Positions 22,605 to 36,843 of a DNA stretch of 49,881 nt are shown in pieces (position 1 is the first letter of the stretch; the number at the start of each line of letters is the position of its first letter). Origin of the DNA: Octopus bimaculoides (Eukaryota). The translations under genes were made by a program, and so were the position numbers. The notes under the pieces are model-generated. The model made no database searches. It saw only the letters and a program-made list of their open reading frames with translations, and had not been told where the DNA came from. The stretch spans positions 4,768,367-4,818,247 of the forward strand of contig NC_068996.1 in the NCBI RefSeq assembly GCF_001194135.2. Direction: 5' to 3'.

Positions 22605-23070
22605 AAAAAACTCTGATCTTGAATAAGTGAGCAGGCCAGTGAGAACAATTAAGAAGTGTTGTGTTTGAGTATAGCTCTTGAGTGGCAGGATTCTCCCAAT
22701 GGGCAGCCGGTAGGTTTTCGGGAATTACAGGCTGGGATTTAAGTACACTTTTGCGTCTTTTGCAGCATGCACTCGTACAAGAAATATTGTATAAGCAGGT
22801 GTAGCTCACCTAAGCGTTATGTAGGTTAAAAAGCTTATAGTAATTGTGACCCTTGGGGAAGTACTTCTTAATCAACTATCTTCGTTGATAAGAATTTCTA
22901 GGTTACATGGAGGGTAAAACCAGATTATCCTTCCCTTTCTGGTCCTCTTCGGTTACAGAGATGGAGGCGGGTCCTCTATATCTGTTAACTTCTCGGCAAA
23001 TTTGATCCTCACTAATGCGACGTTGTAGTAGTGGGGCGGTTTTGCTGAATAGATCAGCTGATCTATTAGT
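22605..23070 (-). mobile_element. Degenerate Penelope-like element fragment with IIWFxPP motif and CxCx5C-type linker (Hydra-like clade)
   Basis: Across frameshifts and stops: SAKPPHYY..AL..KFAEKL...RTRKGRIIWFYPP...LIKKYFPKGHNYYKLFNLHNA*VSYTCLYNI...CNSRKPTGCPLGESC...TGL...FKIR. Confidence 0.75.
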
Positions 23071-23394
23071 TCTCTAACCGATTAAATATGAAAATAAATA
23101 AAAACTTGTGATAACTGGTATATATGCACACCCACACCCTCGGCAGTCATAAATCCGATGTCATTCAGGTCTCTTCATAAACCAGTGAGACAGCGAGGTG
23201 TCACCAACTTCCTGTCTAGCCCCGCAGTCAAACATTTTCTTCTTTTTTAATGTATTTAGTGTGGCTGGAGTTTCAGCTCTACTTCTAATAACACAATGCG
23301 ACCCGGTAGCCATTTTAGAATTTCATCACCCCTCCATTCAGCTACGTTTCACGTTTCATGGGGTCGAATCAAACTTGTAAACTTTGTACACATA

Positions 23395-23479
<85 letters not shown>

Positions 23480-24007
23480 NNNNNNNNNNNNNNNNNNNNN
23501 NNNNNNNNNNNNNNNNNNNNNNNNNNNNNNNNNNNNNNNNNNNNNNNNNNNNNNNNNNNNNNNNNNNNNNNNNNNNNNNNNNNNNNNNNNNNNNNNNNNN
23601 NNNNNNNNNNNNNNNNNNNNNNNNNNNNNNNNNNNNNNNNNNNNNNNNNNNNNNNNNNNNNNNNNNNNNNNNNNNNNNNNNNNNNNNNNNNNNNNNNNNN
23701 NNNNNNNNNNNNNNNNNNNNNNNNNNNNNNNNNNNNNNNNNNNNNNNNNNNNNNNNNNNNNNNNNNNNNNNNNNNNNNNNNNNNNNNNNNNNNNNNNNNN
23801 NNNNNNNNNNNNNNNNNNNNNNNNNNNNNNNNNNNNNNNNNNNNNNNNNNNNNNNNNNNNNNNNNNNNNNNNNNNNNNNNNNNNNNNNNNNNNNNNNNNN
23901 NNNNNNNNNNNNNNNNNNNNNNNNNNNNNNNNNNNNNNNNNNNNNNNNNNNNNNNNNNNNNNNNNNNNNNNNNNNNNNNNNNNNNNNNNNNNNNNNNNNN
24001 NNNNNNN

Positions 24008-24071
<64 letters not shown>

Positions 24072-24300
24072 CATGCCTGTTTTATATATTTGTGTGTTTG
24101 CGTCTGTGATTGTCTCCTCGCCATCGCTTGACAATCGATGCTGGTGTACTTATGTCCCGAAACTTAGCAGTTCGGCTAAAGACACCGATAGAAATAAGTA
24201 CTACGCATGCAAGGAATAAGTTCTGGGGTCGATTTCTTCGACTAAAGTTGTTGCTCCAGCATGGCTGCAGTCAAATTACTGAATCAAATAAAAGAATATA
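24008..24300 (+). mobile_element. SINE family 2, 3' half following (TG)n
   Basis: ccatcgcttgacaatcgatgctggtg...aacttagcagttcggc...ctggggtcgattt...ccagcatggctgcagtcaaattactgaatcaaataaaaga. Confidence 0.85.
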
Positions 24301-24949
24301 TACAGTTTTGTAAGAATGAAAGTCATCCGATGCCAATGTCGGAGATGGCCAGTGAGGCAACGCTAGCTCAGAATTTCGATATTCTCCAGAGCAGGATCAT
24401 GTATTTAGATACAATGATATATAAGGTGAAGAATATGTTTATTATACATCATTTCTACCCTATGAGAAAAGAAAAAAATAAAGACACTATGTACATGAGC
24501 AATGACTAAAGCATCCTGTGATACAACAATAGAATCTCTTGGGAGATGGGTCATTGGTAACTGCAAAATATTAACTGAACACGATGAGAACGAAACTCTG
24601 TTACTGAAGAAAAAAAAAATGACTACGCCAAACAGCCATCATTAACCACAAATATGTTTCTAATCCACAAGTTGTATACCATAGGATGAAAGAAAACATC
24701 TCTTTAAAACACCCACTTGACAGAAAACTACAGGCCTATTGCTTGCTTAAACATTATGTATATAAGTTGTCTCAACTAATTCATCCAAGACTATTTGCAA
24801 GTCCAACAAGCTATGACTGATCAGCAGGTATGTGAACAGAAAACTGTGTAAGAACATGCCGAATGGCTGCTAATTAATAAAAACTGTGCTGACGGAAGTA
24901 AAAATATATAAATAAATAAAATAGAAAATAACTGTAGAAACCTTGTAAC

Positions 24950-25130
24950 AGTGTTGCTTGATTACAGAAATGTGGTTTGGTTATGTTTCTTACACATGGT
25001 TATTGAAATCGCTGCATTTGGAAAATGTACCTGCTATTCTAATTACTGCAGTTGAAAGGCTTTCGAAGACAAGGTCAAACATGAAAATGCATTGATTGTC
25101 TCAGTCGCATTACTTCCCCCTAAAATAGTA
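24950..25130 (+). mobile_element. Possible hAT transposase C-terminal (dimerisation domain) relic
   Basis: VPAILITAVERLSK...LSQSH loosely resembles LPxTTAxVERxFS...LSQ. Confidence 0.3.
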
Positions 25131-25283
25131 TTCCAACAAATCAGTACCACTGTACTTTTATTTATCATTACATTATATTCACAGATATTTTATATACAAA
25201 CATATGCAGTGGTTACATGCTAGGGAATCTACAACAATAAAATAAATACCGATTTAAATTCACAAATACTTGGGCGACGCACT

Positions 25284-25384
25284 CTAGAAATATACAGACG
25301 GTCGCTAGAAATATACAGACGGTCGCTAGAAATATACAGACGGTCGCTAGAAATATACAGACGGTCGCTAGAAATATATAGACG
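25284..25384. repeat. 21-bp minisatellite (ctagaaatatacagacggtcg) x4.8
   Basis: Four perfect units plus a 17-nt partial unit. Confidence 0.98.
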
Positions 25385-25618
25385 TACGCTTAAGGTATTT
25401 ACAATTATGAAAACTCAAGTGATTCGATTCGGTTTTCGGTTGATGTATGGATAGATTTTTGTTAAAATATGCATACTCAATAGCTGAGTGGGGGAAAACT
25501 GTTTCCCATGGCGAAAAAATCTTTCTCAACAGCCTATTTCTTCACTATGTTTCACAAACTGTGTGCTAAAGTAACCGAAATATTGGCGAAAATACAAAAC
25601 AGAAACGTATGCTGGCGA

Positions 25619-25826
25619 GGGCGGTGAGCTGGCAGAAACGTTAGCACGCCGGGCGAAACGCTTGGCGGTATTTCGTCTGCCGTTACGTTCTGAGTTCAAA
25701 TTCAGCCGGGGTCAATTAAATAAGTACCAGTTACGCACTGGGGTTGATGTAATCGACTTAATCCCTTTGTCTGTCCTTGTTTGTCTCCTCTATGTTTAGC
25801 CCCCTCTGGACAATAAAGAAATAAGA
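25619..25826 (+). mobile_element. tRNA-derived SINE (family 1, tail A), CpG-intact, 18-bp TSD
   Basis: TSD agaaacgtatg(c/t)tggcga at 25601-25618 and 25824-25841. Short internal deletion in the core. Confidence 0.95.
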
Positions 25827-26233
25827 AACGTATGTTGGCGACTGAAAGACAGAGTAAACTAGATATATCATACTAGACCTTAAAAAATGGAGAAAAGCCC
25901 CTTCCCTCCTAAAGTAAAATGATATCCCGTAATTCCACTGGACTACTAGTGTGTGTGTAGCTTTAAGCTCGTTTATTAGACGTCACTCAAAAGCTAGTAG
26001 GCTCTAACAGAAGAGTGGAAAAGGAGTACGGTGAGATGATGTGCATGCTCAAGGAAAACGTGGTACCCGCTCCAGGAAATGCGCCAACGAATTTAAAACA
26101 GACCCAAACATTCTAACTACTAGGCCACAAACAAGACATATATACATACATGCATACACACACATACACGCATATATATATATACATACACATACGTACA
26201 TACAAGCATACAAACGTGCGTAAATACGTCGAT

Positions 26234-26264
<31 letters not shown>

Positions 26265-26904
26265 CACATATATATATACATATGTATATATTTATATATA
26301 TATATATATATATACGTATATTCGCACACAAAATATACAAATTCACATATTATCCAGAATGTACTTATACATATATGAATATGCGCACATCTAATCACGT
26401 GTGCATATACATACATACATACATACATACATACATACATACACATGCGCACACACGTATACATTGATATATAGGTTCATAAATACAGAGTTTCATTGAC
26501 AAATACTGGCATACATATACATACATACATAAATAATTTTAAAATAAAATAAAATTATTTATAGGCTTAAAAGTAAATACTTTTTTAAAGAAAATATATC
26601 AAATTTTATTATTAGGTTTACAGTTTCCATATATCATCCAACACTCTCAAAGAATTCATCCGTCATATCCTTTCAGTTATTTTTATAATTTGGCATTACA
26701 TATGAAAAACAAACCAAAAAAAAGACAGAATGTAGGATTTTTTATTTTTTTATTTTGATATATAATTGGTTAGAGAAGAACTATCGAAGGCTTCACTAAT
26801 ATATTAAATGTATCATAAAGAACACAAAACAAAAAAAAATATTTATTTAATTCCAGATTGCAAAATATCAGATAGCATACTGAGTTCACTTTGATGTTTT
26901 AAAG

Positions 26905-27170
26905 ATGGAATTGGTCGGAACACGATGGCGTGTTTGCAATTGTGGAATCGATATTGCAATTTTGCGAATTGCTCGCAGATCACCAATGTGCAAGAACAAT
27001 GTTGAGATGAATCCTAACGGAAGGAAAGAAAAGATAGGAATGGCCCAAAGCCATTATGCATCGAACATTCAAAATGACTTGGAGGTTGTCAACAAACACT
27101 GTGGAAATAGAGATAGACACACAACAGATCGCGAACACTGGATGAATGCTGCTACTCGATTCGAAAACAT
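26905..27170 (+). mobile_element. Degenerate LINE (RTE-like) ORF end
   Basis: PNGRKEKIG......NIQNDLEVVN.....TTDREHW resembles P.G.R..GRP..TW...I..DL.......DR..W. Confidence 0.45.
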
Positions 27171-28408
27171 CCGATGTGAGAGTGAGTACAGCTGTACATC
27201 GTTTAACAGGTTGTTGTGCCACATAAAGTATCTTATAGTTAAGCAGAACTCGAACATTAAGAAATAATTTGTCTTACACTTGAATGTGGTGCCCTCTCTG
27301 TATTTCAATCGTAACTCTTTACTTCAACGCTTCAAAATATTTAAACGTTTGGAATTTGTAAAAATAATTAACATCTGCATGCTGCAAAAAGAGATGAGTT
27401 CCAATTCCCTGCAATTCTGTTCACGGGACAAAATTTCAATTCAACTGTTTTGCTTTTTTTTTTTGTTTCCGATGTTAAATTTTATTACTTTCTAAAAGTT
27501 TTATATTTCCTTATGAAAATTCTTGTCAATCTGTTTTTACTCTGATAAAGTAAATTTATAAGGAAATTTATATTCCAACTTTTCCAGCTTTAGGGCAGTG
27601 GCGTATGATCTAAAGATGATTTGGCGAAATGGCAAATCCTATAGAAAATTTTGAGAAAGCCCTATTTGGTTTCCTGTATATGTTATTGGTACTTGGATTA
27701 AAGCAATAGCAAATTACAGAAATTTTTACATCTCACCACAATTCGTCGACTGATAAAGGTTAGTCTTAGGAATTAAGTAATTAGTCTTGTTTCTGTATTC
27801 GCTATCTTCTGAAAAAGCGTCATTCTTATTTTTGCCCTAAAAACTGACTTCCTTGGAAAGATAACTGAGAAGTGTCAGGAATGTAATTTTTTTTTTCTTT
27901 TTGCAGTGGAAGTGTTATAGGGTAGTTCGCTATAAGCTAAGAAGAATTGTTTAAACAATTTAATGATGTTAGCGCTCTTGAATTCAGACTTCGTTCGCTC
28001 TACAAACTGAAATAACAGCCAAGTTTCCCTCAAATCAGGCCCACACGTTTTCATGAAGAAAGAATACCTGTGATAATATAAACTCAGAGTATCTATGTCT
28101 GGAAACAAGATGGGATAGTCACAGATGGAACGCGATTGATTGTAGATCTACTAGATGGGTTTTATGTTTGAACTAGACAAAGAAATGTATTTATGTATTT
28201 ACAGATGTGCATGTTTTGATCCTTGTTCTACTTGGTCAGGGCTGAAGTGAGGTTAAACTACAAAAATAGGTTTTGATATTTTGAATACTCAACTAATCAC
28301 AGTAGCAATTCGAGAACATATTGTTGGTTTCTTTTGTTTAGCTGCAAACGCAATATATTGTTTTCAAAGATTTTCGCACAAGGTCAGCAATTTCGCGGAG
28401 AGGGTATG

Positions 28409-28573
28409 TCGGTTACATCGACTCCCAGTGCTCAACTCGTACTTAATTTATCGAGCCCGAGAAGATGAAAGAGAAAGACAACACCGGCGGCATTTGAACT
28501 CAGAACATAAAGACAGATGAAATGCTGCTAAGCATTTTGCTCGATGTGCTAACCATTCTGCCAGCTCGTCGCC
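28409..28573 (-). mobile_element. SINE family 1 (head and core)
   Basis: Reverse complement ggcgacgagctggcagaatggttagcac...gttctgagttcaaatg...tcgataaattaagtacgag. Confidence 0.8.
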
Positions 28574-30194
28574 TTTCAATGGTAATATATTGGTAGTAAT
28601 TTCCTTTTTTAAAACTGCGTTTTCAATCTTTTATCAAGCATGAATCCTGAGAAATATATTCCAATGAATTATGCAAATATCTTGTAGGTAATACAGCAAT
28701 AAACGAGCAACCCAGAAGAATAGTGAAGGAGATACATTGTTCTACCTACAGGAACCCATTTCTACATTGAAAATATCTATCCTGAGCTATATGAGCAAGT
28801 ATGTGATTCAAAACCTAATACACGGAGTTTCTCAATCTTTGTAAGTTCGAAAAGAAACGTATCGGTAATTAGCCGGTGATTTAATTAGTTTGAGAGCCTC
28901 GACATGCCGGGTGACGAAACTTGGGTGTGGCTCCAAATTAACAGCTTGCCATTACAGGAAATATTACTACAGGTCATAAAAAGGTGGTGGGGAGTGTCGG
29001 AGAAGGTACAATGTGTTTGTCTTTCTCAAAGGAATTTAGCAGCGGATAGGTTAGAAGAAATAAATTTAACCGAGAACTGAAATTATAGTTCAATCGCGTC
29101 TCGACTAGATAATGCTTTTACTTCTTGTTCTATTGTATTCGTTACGTGATTGAAATATCATATTGAACAGATTAGCAACGTTTAGCATATTTTCAGTTTA
29201 TTTTCAACGACGAATACATCCATACAGCATTGTCAATTCGTGTATTCTTTAAGACTATAGAACCTAAGAAGAGAAATTATACATAGCAAAGAAAAGAGCA
29301 ACACAAAACTTTATAGAAAGCTTCAACAATGAACAAAGAGTTCGGTGCTGTTTATAATTTAAATAGTGTAAAATTTATACACACACATAGAAAAAAAATA
29401 TTCAACGTATGTTCCTGCCTTTGGAAAAATCTATTCATATTGAGTGAAATCCCAGAACATTGGATTGTATCTTTAGGAATTTACAAAATATGATATAATA
29501 AATATCATTGACAGTTGTTTTTCTTTTTTAGACTTCAATTTGGAGATGGATAATGTAGTGAAAATCAAGTTCGTCTCGTTTTTCTATAGTAAAGGAAGGA
29601 AAACAACTATAGTGGGAGCATCAAATCAACTGAAATAAACGTATTTATCACATTACTGTTTATGAATGATCAGGAGAATAAAGAAGAAAAAAACAGAAAG
29701 AAAGAGAAAAAAGCGATTCAAATTACACGTTCACTCGAACGTCTAAGCTGCCAATAAATGTGAGATTTAGGCTTGTGAAGATCACAGGAATGTAGAAGCG
29801 AAATAGATGGTAAATGTTTATGATGTTGAAGAAAAACGGGGGTCATTGGAGCGTGATTTGCTGGTGACATTAATAAATTGGTTCGGTCATATGGTTTTTC
29901 AGAAATGGATTCATTAAATATCGTGATATAAAGAATTCATGTCTAATTAGAAATATTTTATTGAAATGTGATGAGCTTCGTAGAGCAGGAGTTATGCTCT
30001 TCCAGAAGAAAACCGACACAGCGTTCCTGGTTTCAATTCTTGATTGCAACTATTCCATTCTCATTATAAACTGTGAAACTACTGCAAAACATTAAAAAAT
30101 AACATCAAAAAGAGGGAGTGAAGAAGATTAAACGATTCATATTTTCACACTTTCATTCTTAAAGTACAGAAATATAAGAATAACTGATAATGGT

Positions 30195-30395
30195 TTCGAG
30201 TTTTGGCACAGAGCCATCAGTTTTTAAAGGAACAAGATGTCGATTACATCGACGACAGAGTTCAACTGTTACTTATTTTATCGACCTCGAAAGGATGAAA
30301 AACATAATCGACCTCAACGAAAATTGAACGTAGAACGAAAAAACAACGAAATGCATTTTTCCCGGCGCGCTAACGAATCTGACAGATCAGTGCCT
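30195..30395 (-). mobile_element. SINE family 1, tail C, degenerate
   Basis: Core ttttatcgacctcgaaaggatgaaa. The tail ggtttcgagttttggcaca matches the 47170 copy. Confidence 0.7.
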
Positions 30396-30476
30396 TTAAA
30401 ACAATTAATAATAACACTTTCTCAAATAATTATACCGACACGAATGATTTGAACAATAAGAATATAGTTTATAACG

Positions 30477-30528
30477 TCTAAGATATATCCCTGGTCTAAG
30501 TATATCCCTGGTCTAAGTATATCCCTGG
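30477..30528. repeat. 17-bp tandem repeat (tctaagtatatccctgg) x3
   Basis: Directly visible; the first unit has a 1-nt insertion. Confidence 0.95.
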
Positions 30529-30982
30529 TTACTTATCATCGATAAACCGAAAGCCGGAAACTAAAACCGACCTCGGTGGATGAAGAGAAAACATTAAAAT
30601 GAGGTGAATGAATACAGTAACATAGTATGATTGTGGTTATGAGGTTCACTGAGCAGTCACTTGGTTCCAGTTTCGATTTCACTTCGTGTAATATTGACAG
30701 GAATTTTCTACAGTAGCTTTGAAAATCGTGAATATCTTATAAGGGAGGTTTGAGGAAACTGTGTTGAAGCTTTTTGTGTGAAGCTGTGGTGTAAGTGTAT
30801 GCATGCGAATGTGTTTGCGTGCGGATTGGAGTTTTTATGTGAATATGTGCGTGTGTTTATATTCTTGGTTGAATGTGTGTATGAGTATGCATACTCCTAT
30901 GTATGTGTGTGTATCGTTTTCAGTGAACTTTATAAACATCACAAAGTTAACACATACACATACACACACACACACACGCACG

Positions 30983-31027
<45 letters not shown>

Positions 31028-31063
31028 TGAAATTTTGTATATGGAAAATATAGAAATATGCCA

Positions 31064-31140
<77 letters not shown>

Positions 31141-32700
31141 CACCAACGAACACAACGGATTTCAATAATTTTCACCAACCGAATTCTACTTACAAAATAT
31201 TGGTCAGCCTAAGTCTTTAAAAGAAGACACTTGTCCAAAGTACTATGAAGACGAACTGACCCTGAAGCCAATGGCCCAGAAACTAACTTCTTAACCACCC
31301 TTGTCCCTATAAAATTAACACATAACCGAAGGATCCTTGTCATCGTTATCAGTGCAGCAGACGGCATCGTCGTCATTGTCTTCACTGTTGGTGTTGTCGT
31401 CACCGCAAATACAATCTTTTACTCTCTGTCTCCAAGAATAATTACGCAGAACATGACAGACAGGATTTGAAGTCGGGAAATAGGTCTGAAATGCTGAAAT
31501 AAGCAATATTTTTGACACTCGAATAATTGTTGGGTTAAATCCCACAGCACTTTGAGCAAGTGTTTTCTACTCTATCCCCAAGCCTACCAATGCTTTGTAA
31601 GTGTATTTGGTAAGACGGGAACTGTGTAGTAGGCCGTCATATCACCACCGAGTATGAACACAAATAGCTCTAAACCGTACGGTCTGGTGGTCCTGTCACT
31701 GGAAATGATAGCAGCTCACTCCCCTGCTTGCAATATATATCGGTTGCAGATCGCATCGAATAACCAGCTGGAGGAGGCATACTCCTGGGGTTAAAATAGC
31801 AGTAACGTCAGTTGTTATGGAACAGACATATTGAAGTGGCAATAAACTTTACTTCTCAGTATAGTTACCACTTTCATCTCTTATAGAGATTTTCTAATTA
31901 GCCAATTTGCTTGTTGTGTGTGTGTGTGGGGGGGGGGTGCGTGCGTGCGTGCGTGTGTGTGTCTGTGTGTCTGTGTCTCTGTGTGTGTCTGTGTGTGTAT
32001 GCGCGTGTGTGTATTTCTGTGTGTCTGTGTGTGCATATATTTATGCATATATGTGTATGTGCATATAAGTATGCATATATATGTGTGTGCGCATATGTAT
32101 GCATATATATGTGTGTGTGTGTGCATATATTTATGTATGTATATATGTATATTTATATATATATATGTATATGTGTGTGTACTTTTGTGCTTGCCCACAC
32201 ACCGCTGACCATGGGTGTTTCTTGTTTACGTCACCGTAGATTAGCAGTTTGGCTGATGATACCGGAAAAGTAAATAGCAAACTTTAAAAAGAAGTAAATT
32301 CTAAAGCTTCAGAATGGAAGCAAACAAGTAAAAGAGCAAAATCTGAATAACAAGAATTGGTAAACTCTTGGAACCATAACAGTATCACAACAGAACATTT
32401 TTGTTGATACGCTTAACGAAAATGCAATGATGTCTCTCCAGTTATCATGTAATAAAATCCGTGGTTACTTTAAGATGCTGGATTCTTTTTGTAAATCTCT
32501 TGTGGAAGCGAAGTTTGATAAATATCAAAATAACGATATATGTGTTTATATGTCTCGTTGAAGTTGGTCAAAAAGTAGGGCTCGTTTTTCATACGTTTTC
32601 TTTTTCAGTTGTTTATCTACGATGGCTTCTCGCTTTGCTCTTATTTGAAGAATTTAGTTCTTCAGTGCATTTAGGTTCATATGTACATGTGTATGTATGC

Positions 32701-32733
<33 letters not shown>

Positions 32734-32840
32734 CATTTATATGTGTTCGTGTATATATGTATACATTTACATATGGGTGCATATATATATATAGTTATAT
32801 ATATTTGTGTGTATGTGTGCGTGCGCGTGCATGAGTGTTT

Positions 32841-32890
<50 letters not shown>

Positions 32891-33304
32891 CTGTTTCTAT
32901 ATGTGTTTATTTGTGTGTATAAAAAAATATCGTTGGAAATAAGTCAAAAAATGCAACACACAGCCTTGTCTTTGCTTGTGCCCAAATACCATTTGTGAAG
33001 TTCAGAAATGTAAGAAAGATAGTGTGGCGTATGGATGCGTTTTTGTGTGTGTACGTGGTTTGAAGTAAAGCAGAAGTTGAAAGATACGCAATGTCAACGA
33101 ATGTGCTACGTGTTATAGATTATCCATTGCACCAATAAGAAAATACAAGGCAACTGCCATGTTTACAAAAGATGCATTCGAGTCTCACTGGTAACTTTCA
33201 ACTTTTTATATCAAAAGAGTATTTCAACCCAGTATTTGCATGCTGTTATTTATGGCAATTTCTAAAGTTGGCAGTATCATGAGCAGGCTAGACAAAATAC
33301 TTAA

Positions 33305-33650
33305 TGGCAGCTCGTCCGGTTTTCGTTCGGAGATCAAATTCCGTCCGTAAGGGTCAACTTTGCATTTAACCCCTTCGAGGTCGATAAACTAAGTACCAAT
33401 TAAGTACTGGGGTTCGGTGCAATCGACTTACTCTTCACCCCCGAAATTCTAGCCCTTATGCTTATTGAAGGAAGGATTATTTATTGCTTTTTTTCTTCAG
33501 TTCTGCAGTGAAAAATGAATTATTTCATTATTTCTAAATTCTTATGATGTAAATATCTTAGTTATAAAAATGACTTAGGGTTGATGTAATCGACTACTCC
33601 CCTCCCCTCCCAAAAATTCCAGGCCTTGTGCCTATAGTAGAAAGGATTAT
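33305..33650 (+). mobile_element. SINE family 1 fragments (33305-33480 and 33575-33650, tail B)
   Basis: gaggtcgataaactaagtacc core; ccaggccttgtgcctatagtagaaaggattat tail. Confidence 0.7.
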
Positions 33651-35950
33651 AAACCAATGCTGCATTATAAACCAGTATTTCTGTTAAAGGGTAAGTTCTT
33701 TGTTCTGAAAGTTAGTGTAAGGACCTGTATGATCGAATCTTGTCGATCGTGGACCATTCGAGTATACTGAATACTGCTCTGCAATTTTAAGTTTTCTATT
33801 CCTGAGTTGGAAACCGTGTTGACTGATTTTGCATTGATTTACGCTTTTACTTCGGGTGTTGATAAAGTAAGTAACAGTTGTTTTTATTGCTCCCGGGTCA
33901 ACTCTACAATGAGCAGAGTTTTGCAGACATGTGATCAAAGACATTCCAGTTGTGACTAACCAACTTTTTTATCTGGTATAATATCTAGATCCATGTTGTC
34001 CAATATGGCCTGCCTCTTTTATACCGATTGGGAATAATTTAAGAAAGATTTGACTGTTGTATCGAAGAAGTCGAGTGACGTAGATGGAAGCTCTTTCAGT
34101 AGCTCGCCACTACATCAAAGCTCTTTCAATGGTTCCTATAAGTATCAGCAATACATACTGACATCTATCACCATTTCATCTACCTCCACCTTCTAAGAGA
34201 CAAAAGGATGCTTCTATGTTTCCTCTCCTGTTGTTAATGCTGCCTGATCCTGTTTAACGAGGTGTTAATAAGCTTTCATTTTGCACAGTTCAACAAATAG
34301 ATGTGTTTTTGCAAATTTCGAAAATGTTTCTTTAGCCAGAAAATCGCATAATTGGTATTGTCAGGGGTAGGCTTTCAGCTACAGCTGATATGTTATTCTT
34401 TTTATTTCAATTCTTATCAGTCCAAAAATTTATCACCTTTCTTCTTGCACTGAAGAATGACTAATGTTCGAAGCGTTGTATTTTTGATTCTACATATGAA
34501 ATTAACTAACTTCATCTTCATTTTATATACGAAATTTTACACTACGTGATACTGGCACTTTTATTTCTGCAACTCGCGACCAAATGTTTTATTAATTAAG
34601 TCAAGTTATTTTTTTCTTCTCATATCAGGACAAGTCTATAAATGCCTTGGTGCAAAAGAGTATATTTCAATGAGTCACATGCAGGTTACGCTTGTCTGGT
34701 TTTTCTTCTCTCTTGTGTGTGTGATTGAAGTGGGTGGTGGTTAGACTATTGATTTGTTCCATAAGACAAATCATTATTTTGCAGAAAACTTTTGTCGACT
34801 GAATTAATCAGAAAGTGGTACACACCAGCTATATGAATCGAAAAAAAACCAAAGACACCATATGAAGGATCCTTCAAGAAAGATCATTCGGATGCTTAAT
34901 AAATGTAAATTACAAGGTTTTTGCGCCGTTGTTCTTACGATTCTATCATATATTCCATCTTCAATAGTATTGTTTAGTAATATCGTTTAGCTACATTAGC
35001 TACACATCGACTGACTCCTATCCAATCATACTTCACGAAGAATGAAAAGCAAAGCCGAGACCTAATTCAAATCGTAACTTAGAAGCAGAGGAGTAAATGC
35101 AGCGACGTAACTAACTCCTTACTTACTTTTAGATTCCTTTTAGACTCTCAACGGCTTATGATACTCTTTTACACTTTTAACGCTTTCACTCGTTGGACAG
35201 TTGCTTTTTTTTTTTTTTTTTTTAGAGGACGGTATTTAAAGAATTTCGCTGAACATTTAATCCATTTCTTAATTCAATCTGGTATAAGTTTCGTCACCCT
35301 CTAATTCTCAAAAGTGAAGTTACGTTTCNNNNNNNNNNNNNNNNNNNNNNNNNNNNNNNNNNNNNNNNNNNNNNNNNNNNNNNNNNNNNNNNNNNNNNNN
35401 NNNNNNNNNNNNNNNNNNNNNNNNNNNNNNNNNNNNNNNNNNNNNNNNNNNNNNNNNNNNNNNNNNNNNNNNNNNNNNNNNNNNNNNNNNNNNNNNNNNN
35501 NNNNNNNNNNNNNNNNNNNNNNNNNNNNNNNNNNNNNNNNNNNNNNNNNNNNNNNNNNNNNNNNNNNNNNNNNNNNNNNNNNNNNNNNNNNNNNNNNNNN
35601 NNNNNNNNNNNNNNNNNNNNNNNNNNNNNNNNNNNNNNNNNNNNNNNNNNNNNNNNNNNNNNNNNNNNNNNNNNNNNNNNNNNNNNNNNNNNNNNNNNNN
35701 NNNNNNNNNNNNNNNNNNNNNNNNNNNNNNNNNNNNNNNNNNNNNNNNNNNNNNNNNNNNNNNNNNNNNNNNNNNNNNNNNNNNNNNNNNNNNNNNNNNN
35801 NNNNNNNNNNNNNNNNNNNNNNNNNNNNNNNNNNNNNNNNNNNNNNNNNNNNNNNNNNNNNNNNNNNNNNNNNNNNNNNNNNNNNNNNNNNNNNNNNNNN
35901 NNNNNNNNNNNNNNNNNNNNNNNNNNNNNNNNNNNNNNNNNNNNNNNNNG

Positions 35951-35986
<36 letters not shown>

Positions 35987-36774
35987 TATGTGTGTGTGTG
36001 TGTGTATATATGCACTTGCGCACAAGCACACGCATATTTAGAAGTGCAAACGTTTTTAATAAATGGCAGAAGTTAGATTAATGTAAAGACGTAGAGTTTC
36101 CTGCCTTGGCACTTTTCAACGCAAATTTTGAGTTCTATTTTCCTGTTTGCATCTCCATACATACATACATACATACATACATACATACTTACATACGTAT
36201 ATACACACATACATGCATACATACATGCATGCATACATACATACATACATACATACATACATACATACATAAATGCATACATACATACATACATACAAAA
36301 TATAATGAAAATAAAATAGCATATATTCGTAGCAATATAAATACATACGTCGAAATCATTTGAAATAAACCGCTTACACGCGCGCGTGCACACACGCACA
36401 CGCACACAAACACGCACACAAACACGCATACACACACATACACAAACCCACACATACACACACAAACACACATGCATACATGCATACATACACACACACG
36501 CGCAAAGATGAAATGACAGGTCACAATATTAAAAATTGATAGCTGTATAAGCGCCATATTCGTCCTGCGGTAAAAGATATTGTTTTACAATACTTTCCAC
36601 TGCAGTTTTTGGAATATCACTGCTAACTGCACTGAATTTCGAACTTCAATTGTCCTTGTGCGACTTAGATCCGGATGTGTAGATAACTGGAGACTGGATT
36701 TTAACTTTATTTTACTTCAGGTTCGTTAGTAGATACAGTATGACTGCTAACTAGCTAGAGACACACAAATAACC

Positions 36775-36812
36775 AGTTAGAAAGATAGATAGATAGATAG
36801 ACAGATAGATAG

Positions 36813-36843
<31 letters not shown>

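Noticed and set aside
23048-23067. Perfect 20-bp palindrome aatagatcagctgatctatt
   Set aside because: It sits at the edge of the degenerate PLE fragment, and an isolated short palindrome has no further support.
27875-28108. 77-aa minus-strand ORF
   Set aside because: No recognisable motif or consistent splice signals; its length is within chance expectation.
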